Positions 24,665 through 36,779 of a DNA stretch of 42,170 nt are shown here, piece after piece. Source of the DNA: a virus (lineage: Duplodnaviria; Caudoviricetes); the IMG/VR virus record IMGVR_UViG_3300033420_000012, positions 1 through 42,170 of that record. One strand, 5' to 3'. The notes under the pieces are model-generated. The model was not told where the DNA came from. It searched no databases and was given only the letters and a program-made list of their open reading frames with translations. Each line of letters begins with the position of its first letter. The first letter of the stretch is position 1. The translations under genes and the position numbers were made by a program.

Positions 24665-24866
24665 CCTTGCAACGTTGGGAAAGATACGCTTTGCAGGCGT
24701 TCGGTATCCGTAGCGATACATTTGATCCCAATATCGGTGTGTGTATAAGTGATGGTGAGTTTATGGAAAACCTTCCCTTGTGGATAACGCTCCTGTCTTT
24801 GCTAATACGTTTCTGATCAAACGGCGTGCGGACGCTCATTATCATCTATACATACGCTTGCTAGTC
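24665..24866 (+). ncRNA. Candidate structured RNA / 5' leader (~200 nt)
   Basis: Stems 24737-24760/24834-24857 and 24674-80/24726-32 with G-U pairs; no leader-associated ORF. Confidence 0.45.
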
Positions 24867-24892
24867 TTTACCCTCTAACCTCTTTTTTCCCC

Positions 24893-25897
24893 ATGCTCTT
24901 AATTTGAGACATCCACTTGGACGTCAAACGAGAAGACCGTATTATGGAGAAACTTCGTTGACTCCCTAGGGAGGAAAACATCGTGTTTCTCTGAGATTAT
25001 TTGCCAGGCTTTGTCTATAATAGACACGTCATGGCTGAGTTTTATGATTTCCTGCTCGAACTCTCGAAGAAATCAAACGTATATGTGATGGCTGGCAATC
25101 ATGATTGGCTTGGTGACAAGTTTGTATTTGATGAAGCACAAAAGACTATCCTTGAACTTGGTGATGACGAGCCACGCAGTCATTGACTTACTTTTATTAC
25201 AGAACCAATTACTTATCTGATAGAGTGAAAACACTGTCTATTTATTCCATTTGAAAATATGGGTATAAAAGGTGAGTCTGCTAGTGATTACGTTAATTCT
25301 CATCTCGCCGATCTTGAAAATGTCGACGTCGTTTTCTTCCATCATTACATCGCCGACTTTGATTATTGAGATGGGCTTGTATTTCGTAAGGATGACATTG
25401 CTATAGATCCCAATATCATCTCTGCAAATCCAAATGTACAATTTATATCCTGACACGTCCACCGTCATTGTCAGAAAGACAATTATTTTTGTACTGGCTC
25501 TTTTTGGGCTACCAATCAATCGGAGACAGAAGACAAATTTGTTTGGAATTACTTTGATGGCAAATTTAGTAAAATTCCTGTCGATGTGAACAAGTATGTG
25601 GTAATTGATGGCGATGCCCTGGAGAAAAATCTCCCGCTAGGTGACAAGCGGACTACGCTCGTTATATATGCCACTGATGTGCTTTCAATACCTACGGAGA
25701 AACTGAAGTGAGACTTTTATGATGTAGTTTTGAAGAAAAAGTTTTGAGATAGTATTGCTTTGTCTCAAAAGATCGTCCGCGAACTCCATGCGGAGGATTG
25801 CAATTGGAGATCTAAAATAGGTTTGATTATATCAGATAAGTGTGCTGAAAAGACGGAGTTGGCGATGAATGTTCTTCGTGAGTGCAAAATCCTTTAG
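24893..25897 (+). CDS. SbcD/Mre11-like metallophosphoesterase nuclease (334 aa)
   Basis: GDIH, GD, AGNHD and GHVH motifs (several Gly encoded by TGA). Confidence 0.9.
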
Positions 25898-25917
25898 TTT
25901 TTAATCCCCTTTTTCTC

Positions 25918-26178
25918 ATGTCCAAAATTGTTGTAAATTGAAATGAAATTATCATCATTTGACAAAACATAACATCTGTATACTGTAATTGAGTAGAAGT
26001 CTTTCTTTATCGTAAGTGATTTCTCAATCGTATTTTGTTTTTCATACGTTGTGTCGTAAGTGAGTTCAAAAGAAGGAAATATCTTACTTGATCCCTTTCT
26101 ATGGATATCAAAGATTTCAAGACTTGGGATGTTGTCAAATCTCCCGAAAAAATCAAATCTTTTTACAAGCTCAAATAG
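25918..26178 (+). CDS. Hypothetical protein (86 aa)
   Basis: Fills the gap between the sbcD- and sbcC-like genes; pyrimidine leader. Confidence 0.6.
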
Positions 26179-26201
26179 TTTTATCTATTCTCTGTTTTCC
26201 T

Positions 26202-28382
26202 ATGCAACTCCTCTCGCTCTCTATAAAAAATATATGACCATTTGTCGGTGAAAAGTCTTTTGACTATCGCAAAGGGAAGTATTTGATTTCTGCCCCGATT
26301 GGGTCAGGTAAAAGCTTTTTGTTTTTTGATGCCCCTTTGTATGGGCTTTACAAGTACTCTACGAGAAACATGGTAAACGTAAACTCTACGTCGGCACATA
26401 TAAAGATCACCTTTTCGGAATGATCGAAAACGTACCGTGTGGAAAGGAAATTGAAACCTTGAAAAGTGAAAGATAGTTGCGAGACCTTGATATACCTTGG
26501 AGATGAACTCCAACCTTTCAAGAATGAGATAGATCAGCAAGCGTTCCTCGATTCTATTTTACCACCGAAGGAAGTCTTTTTGTCGACGTGCTTTCTGATG
26601 CAAGACAGCGACAACATCTTTGACGTGACACCTAAAGAAAGGCTTGATATACTGCGTGATGTGTTTTGACTTTGAGATTTCGAGCAATACAAAGATGTAT
26701 TGTCGGCAAAAAGGATAAAGGAAAAAACAAAGTTAGAGATCGATACACAGATTAAGACCCAGCTTTCCGAAAAGATCGGACAACCGGAAAACAAACTTAC
26801 GTCGATATCCTTGGATTATGTTACTGGGACATATAAGTTTCCTGATGACAAACCCCTAGTTATGTCAAAAATTGACGCAGTGAAGGCATTACAGACCGAA
26901 AACAAGTTGATTAGAGATGATGTTGTGAAGTTGGACCGTGATATCGTTGAGTTGGTGAATAAGTGAAACGATTTGGAAAGACAGAAGTCGTCGATACAAG
27001 CAAAATTAGATGCACTTGATCCAAAGAAGCTGGAAGATCTTATTGTCGAGAAATGAGCTATACTTGACGACCAAAAGTCATTGTACGAAAGTATGAACGA
27101 AAGTCTGAAAGCAGTCTGATCTTCTTTTCCTGATTTGGTTTTGTATTTGTCGGAGATGAATGGTAAGATGAAAGCCAACACCACAAAGATAAATAACTTG
27201 GAAAAAGAGAAAAAGACTATCACCACAACGTTTATACGTGAGAAAATGCAGTATGATTTGGCTTGTGCCCCATTAGGTGATCTCAAAAAGAGATTAGAAG
27301 ATATTGAAAAAGGAAATCGAAGTGAACGCCCATATATCTGCGATCGTGGCGATGGTGATTGTAAAGGTACAAAGCTCGCTAACGATAACTATTATGAGAA
27401 CATAGAGACGAAAAAGAGAGATATACAAAGACAAATTGACACGATCAATAACTTGCAAAGACCTGTATGACCTGAGTTTCACACAATAGACAATGACCTC
27501 GTTTTTCTGACAACAGAACTCAATATCCAAGGCGAAAGCCGAAAGTGATATGACATTGACCTCTTCAAGCACAACCATGCGGAGTACAAAAAACACGAAA
27601 TACGTCTTGCCCAAATATCGGACGCGATATCTGGATTTGACAAAAGCTGATTGGAGAAACTGACACAGGAATTGACTGATTGCAATGTGCAACTTTCATC
27701 TACCCTGTTGCAAAAAAAGCATTTAGACTCGTCTTTGGAGACGAAGAATGCACGCCGGACAGAGATAAACGGGTTGATTAAACAATCCCCCAATCTGGAT
27801 GGGTTACAGAAATTTGTCGAAGACTGTGATACGTATTGGCGTTATCAAACCGAACTCTCTAATGCCTGTATTGAATTTGAGACTCACAGAGCGAAGCGAA
27901 AGGAACAGAAACAGTTGGTTGATGTCTGCAATACTTTGTATGATTTGTTTTCTCGTGATTTGTTGTTAATCTTGCTAGGTAACACCTTGCAATCGTTGCA
28001 AGATATCATGAATGATTATCTTTCGCAGGTTGTAGACTATCAATTGAAATTTGAGCTTGTACAAAAGGACACTGGAAAGGTGGAGCTTGATATATCTGTG
28101 TATGATCAAAGATGAGAAAGAAATGTGAAATCTTTGTCAGGATGACAAAGGGTGATACTCCGCCTTGTGTGGATGTTGACTGTCGTAACTTACACGCAAA
28201 GCCCATTGTTATTTCTCGATGAGACGATCAACAACCTCGATCAATCCACGGTCGGGAAGGTATCCGAACTTTTGGAAGCATTTACAAAGAAAAATGACTT
28301 GATGTTTTACTGTGTCACACATAGCGAGGCAATCCAACAAATGAGTATCTGGGATTGACGTATTGATGTGCAAAATCTTTAG
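26202..28382 (+). CDS. SbcC/Rad50-like ATPase (726 aa)
   Basis: Walker A APIGSGKS, coiled coil, signature LSGGQ, LFLDE Walker B and VTH switch. Confidence 0.92.
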
Positions 28383-28401
28383 CTTTTAACCTTTTTTTAC
28401 T

Positions 28402-28581
28402 ATGGAAATTCTTGACAGTATACGGTTTTGAAATATTTGAATTGTTAAGTGAAGAGGTTCGGTGTGAGAAGTAAAGTTTTATATTTGAGAATGCAACTGA
28501 GTTAGTCAAGAAGAAGATGAAAAAACTATAAGTAGTGTATGAAAAAAGTTTATACTTCCCGATTGATTTTATACTAATTAA
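28402..28581 (+). CDS. Small phage protein (59 aa)
   Basis: MEILDSIWFGNIGIV..KFYIG..G...ED; open only with TGA=Gly. Confidence 0.65.
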
Positions 28582-28613
28582 TCCATTTTTATCCTTTCCC
28601 CTTTTCCCCTCCC

Positions 28614-29237
28614 ATGCTTCTCGATGAAAAACTTTTTGCTTTTGTAAAGCAAATGATGTCCTGATTGGACGTCGAACGTAACTTTTGATTTGTAAATATG
28701 ATCAATTGTACCCCCGAAGAAAAGATCTCGCGTCCTAAAGGAATTAAACGAAAACAGTCTTTTCTTTACTTTATATCTCAGTCTAATTGAACAACAAAGA
28801 TTGTTTGAACTGATGGTGATAAGTGATTTGAGCTATTTAGCCAAACCTTATGCAACTTTGATATTGGTATTGCCTTTGATAAAATTAAACATTTGTCTTG
28901 CGTTGCAGATATCCAAGAATCTTCTGTCTCTGATGCTTATATCGTTTTATCCCCTGACTCATACACAATCGTCGATGATGTTATTTCTGACACAATGGTC
29001 CCAGAGCGTATTGAGCAAATGTTTACAAAGTCTCTCGCTACTGAGAATCTATTTTGAGAAGCTGAGGAGGTTTTGTCTTCTGTTGCTAAATGGATGAAAG
29101 AATTTGATACTGCTGTTTTGAAACTTTGATATCTGCACAAAAAAGTTATTTCAAAAAACTATGTCACAGTTGAGTGAGAGTTTGATGATACAGAATTTAG
29201 AGCCATTGCAAAAAACTATGGCGTTTCGACTGATTAA
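28614..29237 (+). CDS. Hypothetical protein (207 aa)
   Basis: Open frame with TGA; pyrimidine leader; TAA stop. Confidence 0.7.
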
Positions 29238-29247
29238 ATCTTCTTCC

Positions 29248-30429
29248 ATGTACACTCTCCGCCCATATCAAGAAAATGCCGTGCAGGCTTGAATATCGTT
29301 TTTCAAACAAGATAAGATCAAGGGGGGGCTTTTGGTCCTCCCGACATGATCGGGAAAATCTTTGGTGATTGCTGGTATAGCAAAAGCCCTATCGTGAAAC
29401 ACGATTGTATTCCAGCCCTCAAAGGAAATCCTAGAACAAAACTATAAAAAGATCAAGTCGTATGGTATCGAGGATGTCTCTATATACTCGGCAAGTGTAG
29501 GGGAAAAAATAATCAGTAAGATCACCTTCGCCACTATTTGATCCGTAGTAAACAAACTAGACCAATTCGCACACTTTGACAATATCATTGTGGATGAGTG
29601 TCATGGAGTGAATGCCGAGGCGTGAATGTATCACAAATTTATCAAGGCAAGCAAGTGCAATGTGTTGTGACTTACTGCGACACCCTATCGTTTGATTTCC
29701 TTTTTGAAGGACGACAAAAATGTGTCGATGTTGAGATTTTTGACAAGATCACGTCCAAGGGTATTTGAAAAGGTTTTGCATGTGACGCAGGTGTCTGATC
29801 TTTATAAGCAAGGCTTTCTTGCGAAACTCCAATACTTCGATGTGGATTGTATCCGCCCGGGTGAACTCAAGATGAACTCATCAGGTGCTGACTTCGATGA
29901 TAAGGTCTTACAGATGTACATGGATGGTATTTGATATTGTGATCGTGTCGTGCAAGTCATAAAAAGATTGATGGTTATAGGTAGGAGAAAAGTTTTAGTG
30001 TTTACAAAGTTCGTTGCGGATTCTGAAAAGATACTTGAAATGCTAAAAAGTGAATATGTCCCTGCTTGTACTGTATCAGGAGAAACACCAAAAAAAGAAA
30101 GAGAGGGTATACTGGAGGAGTTTCAAGATATGGGTAGCGGTATGAATGTTGTAATCAATGTAGGTGTTTTGACTACTGGCTTTGATTTCCCTAAGCTCGA
30201 TACCGTGGTCATAGCTCGTCCTACGATGTCCTTGTGACTGTACTATCAAATGGTTGGTCGTGGCTTTCGTATCCATCCTAACAAAGAGAACTGTATGATC
30301 GTCGATATGGCTGGTAATCACAAGAAGTTTTGACCTGTCGAAGAATTGACTGTCCGAGATAGTGGCAATGAAAAATGGGTGATCCATAACAAGCGTGGCA
30401 AGATCCTGACAAACGTAATAATGTGATAG
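29248..30429 (+). CDS. Superfamily 2 DEAD/DEAH-like helicase (393 aa)
   Basis: LRPYQ, PTGSGKS, DECH, TATP, TGFD and QMVGRGFR motifs. Confidence 0.95.
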
Positions 30430-30453
30430 ATTTATCTTTTCAAATTTACTTTT

Positions 30454-31221
30454 ATGTTCCAAATACAACTCGATCCTGCATGGAGATCCATGCTATCTTC
30501 CTTATCAAAAGATGATAAATGTGATTTTTATGATTTACTTTTTGATTTATCTGATTATTTACAAGTTCCACGCTCTGAAACGTTTGTCTCACCTTTGTTA
30601 TCTAACCCCATATTGAAGGTTTGCTATGACACAATCTTACCACTGGTAACGCCACGTAGCCAGTCGTATCGACTGGTATGCGATAGGAACAAAAAAAACG
30701 TCATAGAGAGACATAGAAAAGAGAGGATTGAGATGCTAAAGCCAAAAAGTGAACGTTTACCAGTCGTACCAGTCGTAGCCAGTGGTAGCGGCGGAAAAAA
30801 AGACATATATAATACTTCTATATCTATAAGTAATAATGTATCTATATCTGCGAAAATTCTTTTTAGAAAAACTATAGTAGATTGTATTCATGGCGTAGAA
30901 AACTATCAACTACTTTTTACCCCATCTCTCCTTGACAGTTTTTATGATCATCGAACTGAGCCAGATAAAAAATGAAGGATGAGATATGAACTACAAAAAA
31001 CTTGGGATATAAAAAAAAGACTTTTTACTTGGCTAGAAAACAAAGTGACTAACTTTTGAAAAAACAATGTTGATTTTGGAAAACGGAAAGCCGAACAACT
31101 TGCTAAAAAGAAAATTGACGATAACGGTATGGATGCGTATGATCGTGCAATCAAACAATCTTTAACTTCTCCTACTCCTTCCCATGGCTTGAATTGAAAC
31201 AATACAACTTCCGCCACATAA
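30454..31221 (+). CDS. Replication initiator-like protein (255 aa)
   Basis: C-terminal FYDHWTEP..G.MRYELQKTWD...RL.TW; upstream of DnaB; internal short repeats. Confidence 0.75.
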
Positions 31222-32551
31222 TATCGACGCCGAAAAAGGCGTGCTTGGTGGTGCGATGATTGACCAAAATCTTTTGTTCTCATATGAATGACTTTTATTA
31301 TCCTATGCGGATTTTTACAAAAGAGATCATCAAATAATCTATAAAGCAATTTGTGCTGTACATAGTGAAAACAAGGTTGTTGACTCTGTCACTGTTGCCG
31401 AACAACTGGTCAAAATGTGAGAGATTGAAAACATCTGACAAGACTATTTGTTTGATCTGCAAACGCATCTTTTGACTACGTCGTCTTGTGGTGAGTATGC
31501 CCAAATCGTAAAAGAATGCTCTATCTACCGTCAAACTCTCAACAATTTGAGGAAATTATCTTGCTATTGTATGGAACAAAGACCACTCGAAGAGATACAA
31601 AGTTTTATGGAAAAGTCGTATACCGAGATGATTTGAACGAATAATGAGCTTGATTTCTGCGATGAAATACCTACATTTCAAGCCGAACTCTATGCTGAGA
31701 AAAGATCATCTTTGTCTTCTGGTTTTGGTCTGATTGATACCATGCTGACTGGTGGCGGCTTTAAGCGTGGACAATTAATTTGTGTTGCTGGGAGGCCATG
31801 AACTGGTAAGAGCTCGATCATGACGTGCCTTGCTATGGAACAGATTGAAAAGTACAAGGTCGCTATGTTTTCGTTAGAGATGGGCAAAATGGAAATTGCT
31901 TATAGGCTTGTGTCTTATAAAAGCCAAATATCATATCATATCATCGACACTGGTGTTTCTACTCGGGACGATTATCAAAAGGAAATCATCCCCCTTACTT
32001 TCGATCACATCAAAGAAACTTGACTAAAGATTTATGATAAAAAGTTTACTATCCAGGATATTAAAGGCACGATCAGAAAGTTGAAACTCACAAAAGGGCT
32101 TGATATCGTGTATATTGATTATTTGCAATTGATAAAGCAGGTTGATAGTAGGGAAATGAGGTCTGCGTTTATCGGTTCCGTGACTAGGGAATTGAAAAGA
32201 TTGGCAAAGGAAATGGATATTGTTGTTGTTATTGGCTCTCAATTAAATAGGGAGGTTGAGAAAAGGGTCGAGAATACACCCAAACTTTCCGATCTTCGTG
32301 AGAGTTGAGATATCGAACAGGATTGTGACATTGTGGTTTTTCTCTCAAACGAGGAAGAATGCAATGACCCGATCCAGCAAAAAAACGTTATTGTCGCCAA
32401 GCAAAGAAATGGCCCTAAGGGTTCTATCCCTATGAGTTTTGTTTGTAATACTATGACGTTACAAAATAAAAAGTTTGCATATCGTCCACCTGTGTCTGTT
32501 GTTGTATCTTGAAGAAGTCAGTCTATCGACAACTCGTGACGGTGAAAATAG
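31184..32551 (+). CDS. dnaB: Replicative DNA helicase (455 aa)
   Basis: PPHNIDAE, AGRPGTGKS, FSLEM, IDYLQL, SQLNR, DLRESGDIEQD and KQRNG motifs. Confidence 0.95.
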
Positions 32552-32580
32552 TCAGTTTTATTATTTTTCTTTTTTTTCTC

Positions 32581-33018
32581 ATGCTCCATGTTGTCACTTC
32601 TCCGCTCTTTGTTCGTACTGCTAAAAAAGAGACAGGGAAAAAATACCGGATAAACCTAAACAACTTCAACAAACGGAAAGGTTATGGATATAACAATATC
32701 AAGAAAGCATACTGTGATCAGATAGCTAAACAACTTGTCTGATTGAAAATTGACTGATCTCTTGAGATCTCGTACCAACTAATCCGCTATTACAAAGTTG
32801 GTAAGGGTAGGAAAGATAAATGAAATGTTTTGTCGGCGATCCAGAAGTTCTTTTTGGACTCTCTCGTCGAGTTGTGATACCTTCCCGACGATAATGATGA
32901 AATGATAGACAAAGAAATCTTTCCAAAACCCGCATATATTCAAGACAAGCTAAAGACTGCTGACGATAGTGTCGTCGTTATTACACTTACTACCAAAGAC
33001 GATATTCGACGTGTCTAA
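32581..33018 (+). CDS. RusA-like Holliday junction resolvase (145 aa)
   Basis: D.GN.....K...D.L...G...DDN catalytic pattern. Confidence 0.8.
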
Positions 33019-33074
33019 TTTGAGACCTTGCTTATCGTTTCACCTATGTTTTATTTTTCTATCTTCTTTTTTTC

Positions 33075-34142
33075 ATGGTCAAAACCCAAAAAAATGGCGT
33101 AGTCGCCGAACCTGTCGAGACTGTTGTGTCTCAAGAAACTGTCGAACCTGTTTTCGATGTTGATGCACGAGATGAGTGAGATTTGCCGTCAAGCATGGTC
33201 AAGTCGCTTGTGCCAAATGCTCCGTATGAGTGAGCTGTTATGAAATCAAACTATGATCTTGACGCCTCTTTTGAGACTGACGACATGGACGATTTCGAAA
33301 GAACATTGCTTGCAATGCAAGGATGATCGACCTCCTCTGTCGCCACTCTTCGCTACAAAAGAGAGACTGACGATCAATGAGTTGTTACCTTTCAGGGGCT
33401 CATTGCTTCACGCCAAGGTGAGAAGACGAGAATATCCTGAGTTGAAAAAGTACAGTCAGGTCCAAACGCTCTTCCGTTGGAAACTCCTGTCATTATTCTT
33501 TTTAGAACCGAGAAGTATGATTTATGGGAAAAGGTAGGGAAAAAGAGCGATGCTCGTGGCAATTCTACCGAGTTCTTTCCAAGTATGAATCAGGTCGTTT
33601 TCACACATTATCCAATGTGACCATCGCCAAAGATGCCAAACGGTGAGTATATGCCGAAAGAGGATGTCCCTTTTGAAAACAAACATTTCAAATCGTTTAC
33701 TGATCTCAAGGAATATATGAAAGCTTTGAGGGCCGACGATTCTACTTTGAAACCTGATTGGATTATCGTTGTGTATCTCCTTTTCAAAAATGAGTTTAAC
33801 GAACGAGAACCTGCAAAAATGTATCTCAAATATACACAGTCCGCAGGTGCCAAATATGTTGGCGAAAAGGTAGTTGCTTTGCTTAACGATCCATTGCCTG
33901 GCACTTTGAAGAAACTTGATCGTGTCTATCGTACGCCTGTCCATATTCAAAAAACTTTCTCGATGAAATACGGTTGTTACAAGATGGGTGATACAAGTTT
34001 TGTCTCGTATCCTACCTTTGAAGCCGTAAACGCTACCGATCGTCCTAGTAATGACGTTTTGAAGTGACATTTGAGAGACATAATGGTTGATCTTACAACG
34101 AAATTAAAGACAAAACTTTCTGCTCCTTTTTTACCTGCTTAG
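33075..34142 (+). CDS. Hypothetical protein (355 aa), possibly ssDNA-binding/recombination
   Basis: Long open frame with TGA; function inferred from context only. Confidence 0.65.
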
Positions 34143-34152
34143 TTGTTTTCCT

Positions 34153-34605
34153 ATGTTACTTTATCGTATCGAGCCAAAAAAACACATTGTCCCTCTAACG
34201 TGACACCTGACTTGGTCTTGGTTTTGTGAGGTGTTTGATATAGTTCCAACGATAAAGCGTCTAAATTGGTATCGCAAGACGTGGGGGTTGCCGTTTATCC
34301 GTCTCCCCCACCCTCGCGAGCTATCTGATCATTTCGCTGACTTTTATGTTATGGATGCTCCAGAATTCAAAACGTGGCTTCATGAAAAAGCCCCTAATCT
34401 TTTACCTTTTTTCTCTTTTCGCAAATGCCACATCAAATCCCAGAGGGTCTTGAGTGATCTGCTCTTACAGATCTTGACCAAGCAATTACACAAGTTAAAG
34501 ATAGTCTTGCCGAAGCCGACAAATTCGCCTGACGTATTACCGATGGTGACTTCTCACCAAACACACACGGTTTGTTGAGTTTCCACAACAGGAGACTTTT
34601 CTTAG
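34153..34605 (+). CDS. Hypothetical protein; 3' end uncertain (overlaps next gene)
   Basis: Fills the gap after 34142 but runs 180 nt into the next ORF. Confidence 0.35.
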
Positions 34606-34916
34606 CATGATATGCAATCAAAATGAAGATGATCGAAGCCGAAAGGCTTTTGAAACATAAAAGGGTCGAGCTATCCGCATACTTTATGTCCGATGCTTAT
34701 ATTGTCGAGTCTCTTTGAAAGCCTTTGGCGAAGACTCCTGCGGACCAGAAAGCCAAAGACGATACTATTGATGAGCAAGCGTATATCGATCGCCTCGATA
34801 ATAATCATGAGTTATTGACTGGGTTTGCTAAACTTTACAATGAATCCTTGCAAATGGCTCGTGTAGCGATGGCAAAGACTGATGTTTCCCCTCGTGGCGA
34901 TATGGCTAGTATTTAG
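34425..34916 (+). CDS. Helical hypothetical protein (163 aa)
   Basis: Pyrimidine leader; in frame with track ORF 34725-34916. Confidence 0.7.
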
Positions 34917-34936
34917 TTTTTAACCCTCTTTCTTTT

Positions 34937-35185
34937 ATGATCCTTTCTCTCATATTTATTATTTCTGGCGTTCTTATTTGATACGTCGCTGGTAATGTCT
35001 ATCCCTACTATTTCTATGATTATGATGACGATGATGAAACAAGAGCTTTATTGAAAAGCTACGTTGCATTGTCAAACCGTCTTTTGAGACACTTGAGAAA
35101 CCTAAAAAAGCTCCTTGCTGATCGCAAACAGGATAATGATGATTTACTTGTTAAAAAGCTTATTGATGATTCCACATCGAAATAA
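34937..35185 (+). CDS. Small membrane-anchored protein (82 aa)
   Basis: Hydrophobic N-terminus; pyrimidine leader. Confidence 0.6.
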
Positions 35186-35498
35186 CGATCGTGAGTTGGT
35201 ATGGTTTGAGGGGGTATTCATGCAAAAGCATGTTGCCTCCATTTTCTTTGATCGTGGTTTTCATCCTGGGGAGATTGTGACATGCGAGTGTTGTTATAAA
35301 CGTCAGGCTGTTGATGTCGCACACATATACTGACGTCTAGGTGATAACTACATAGATCCTGCCCATCTGATATATATGTGTCGCTCTTGTCATTACTCTT
35401 TCGATGTTCGCCATAGGTGGTCACGTGATGATATCGCCAAACGTGTTGCCGATACAAGGGAACGTAGGAAAGAAGTTATTGCTTTACTTGGTAGATAA
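35166..35498 (+). CDS. HNH-like endonuclease (~110 aa)
   Basis: CECC...VDVAH....L..MCRSCH pattern. Confidence 0.7.
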
Positions 35499-35531
35499 AA
35501 AGAAAAGCCCCCTTAATTGGGAGGCTTTATA
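35497..35531. terminator. Bidirectional terminator between convergent operons
   Basis: A run, then AAAGCC..GGCTTT hairpin, at the convergence of + and - genes. Confidence 0.65.
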
Positions 35532-35897
35532 TTATCTTAAATCTCTATTGTCCGTTGTATTTCATACTATTTTCATTTCATCTACATCTATTATATCGAA
35601 TGAATCCTCCGACGTTAGCGTATTTATTTCAAACCTTGCTCGCGTCTCATCTCGTCTTACTTCGTATAGTGTATAACATCAACAGTTTCCAAATTCTTCT
35701 CTTAAAATGTCTCCAAAATATATCTCTTGTTCTTCTTTGTCTAAAAGTCATATAAATTGTCAAATTGAGTCTTCTTCTACTTCCGTTTTTGTTTCTGTTT
35801 TTCGATCGTGTATGTATGTTTTTTTTTGTTCTCCCATTAGACTTCCATAAACTCGTTTCCCCTTCTTCGTCTTTCATCTGAATTTTATTGTGTGCAT
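35532..35897 (-). CDS. YopX-family protein (121 aa)
   Basis: IKFRGK...GKWVYGSL, IGQFIGLLDK..EIY.GDIL and IVGN..DN motifs (require TGA=Gly and CGA=Trp). Confidence 0.85.
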
Positions 35898-35917
35898 TGT
35901 AAAAAAAAAGTAAAGAA

Positions 35918-36154
35918 TTAAAAAGGTCTTTGGACCTGGTACATTGTGATTATTTTCTGTTTGTCTTCGCTCAATATGTAGGTTCTCCATCATTTGGTCC
36001 ATATCCTGTATTTTCCATCATCTAGCTTTTTGATTGATACGACATTTCTCAAGTCTTCTTTAGCCTGCTCGGTATCTCCGAACTCTGCCATGGTTCTTTG
36101 ACACAGTTTAGCTTTTGCGTGTCCAGTAAATGAAATACTATCTATGATGCTCAT
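35918..36154 (-). CDS. Small protein resembling DUF4258-type folds (78 aa)
   Basis: FTGHAK.KL.QR N-terminus and IIT.Y C-terminus. Confidence 0.55.
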
Positions 36155-36234
36155 CGTAGTTTTAAAGTGAAGAAGTAAAATAGCCGTCACTTGGCAAAGG
36201 GTGGGTGGTGGGCTGATCCGCCTGGCGGTCAGGT

Positions 36235-36483
36235 CTATCCAATATATCTTTCTTCGCGATCCCCGCTTGGTACGTCCTCCCAAGTTTTGTACCCAAATTT
36301 TCCCAAGATCATAGTGTCCCATGGTTTCAGGTCTTCGCCTGGGCGTTTTCGTGGCTCTTCTTTAAGCTCCTGTTTGCTAATTTCCGCAAGCCTTCTTTGG
36401 ACGTTTGATCGGCTGTAAGGCTCCTTCTCGCCATAAGCCAACCTTTCGATTGATTGGTTTTCTGTTTGGATTGTTTCATACAT
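36235..36483 (-). CDS. Hypothetical protein (82 aa)
   Basis: ATG with conserved leader; TAG stop. Confidence 0.7.
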   Translation of the reverse strand: MYETIQTENQSIERLAYGEKEPYSRSNVQRRLAEISKQELKEEPRKRPGEDLKPWDTMILGKFGYKTWEDVPSGDREERYIG

Positions 36484-36507
36484 GAAAAAGTTGTGAAAAG
36501 ATAAAAA

Positions 36508-36672
36508 CTAAAAACATTTTCAACAAATACAATTTTTAATCACTCATCATTCTACATATCATTCACATACTTCTTCTATTATGTCTCTCAATTGTCCTTC
36601 TGATATTATATATCTTCATTCCATCATTGAGAAGTTTCTCAATTTCTCTATTATTTTTTTTGTGTAGTCCAT
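36508..36672 (-). CDS. Hypothetical protein (54 aa)
   Basis: Leader identical to that of 36483 (TTTTTATCTTTTCACAACTTTTT); open with TGA. Confidence 0.6.
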
Positions 36673-36690
36673 AAAAAAGTTGTGAAAAGA

Positions 36691-36717
36691 TAAAAAAGGC
36701 GAGTTTTTCGTACTCGC
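36691..36717 (-). terminator. Possible intrinsic terminator
   Basis: GCGAGT/ACTCGC stem followed by a T run on the - strand. Confidence 0.45.
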
Positions 36718-36779
36718 ACGCTTACGAGGCGACGCTGTCCTTTTGATTGGGGGATAGAAAACCATGAGGAAAAAATATA

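Noticed and set aside
28614-29237. Sliding-clamp assignment from the VGTDG motif
   Set aside because: A single short motif is insufficient; left as hypothetical
2042-35498. Fragmented ORFs as pseudogenes or a decayed prophage
   Set aside because: Nearly all breaks are in-frame TGA at Gly positions, with no frameshifts in the motif-bearing genes
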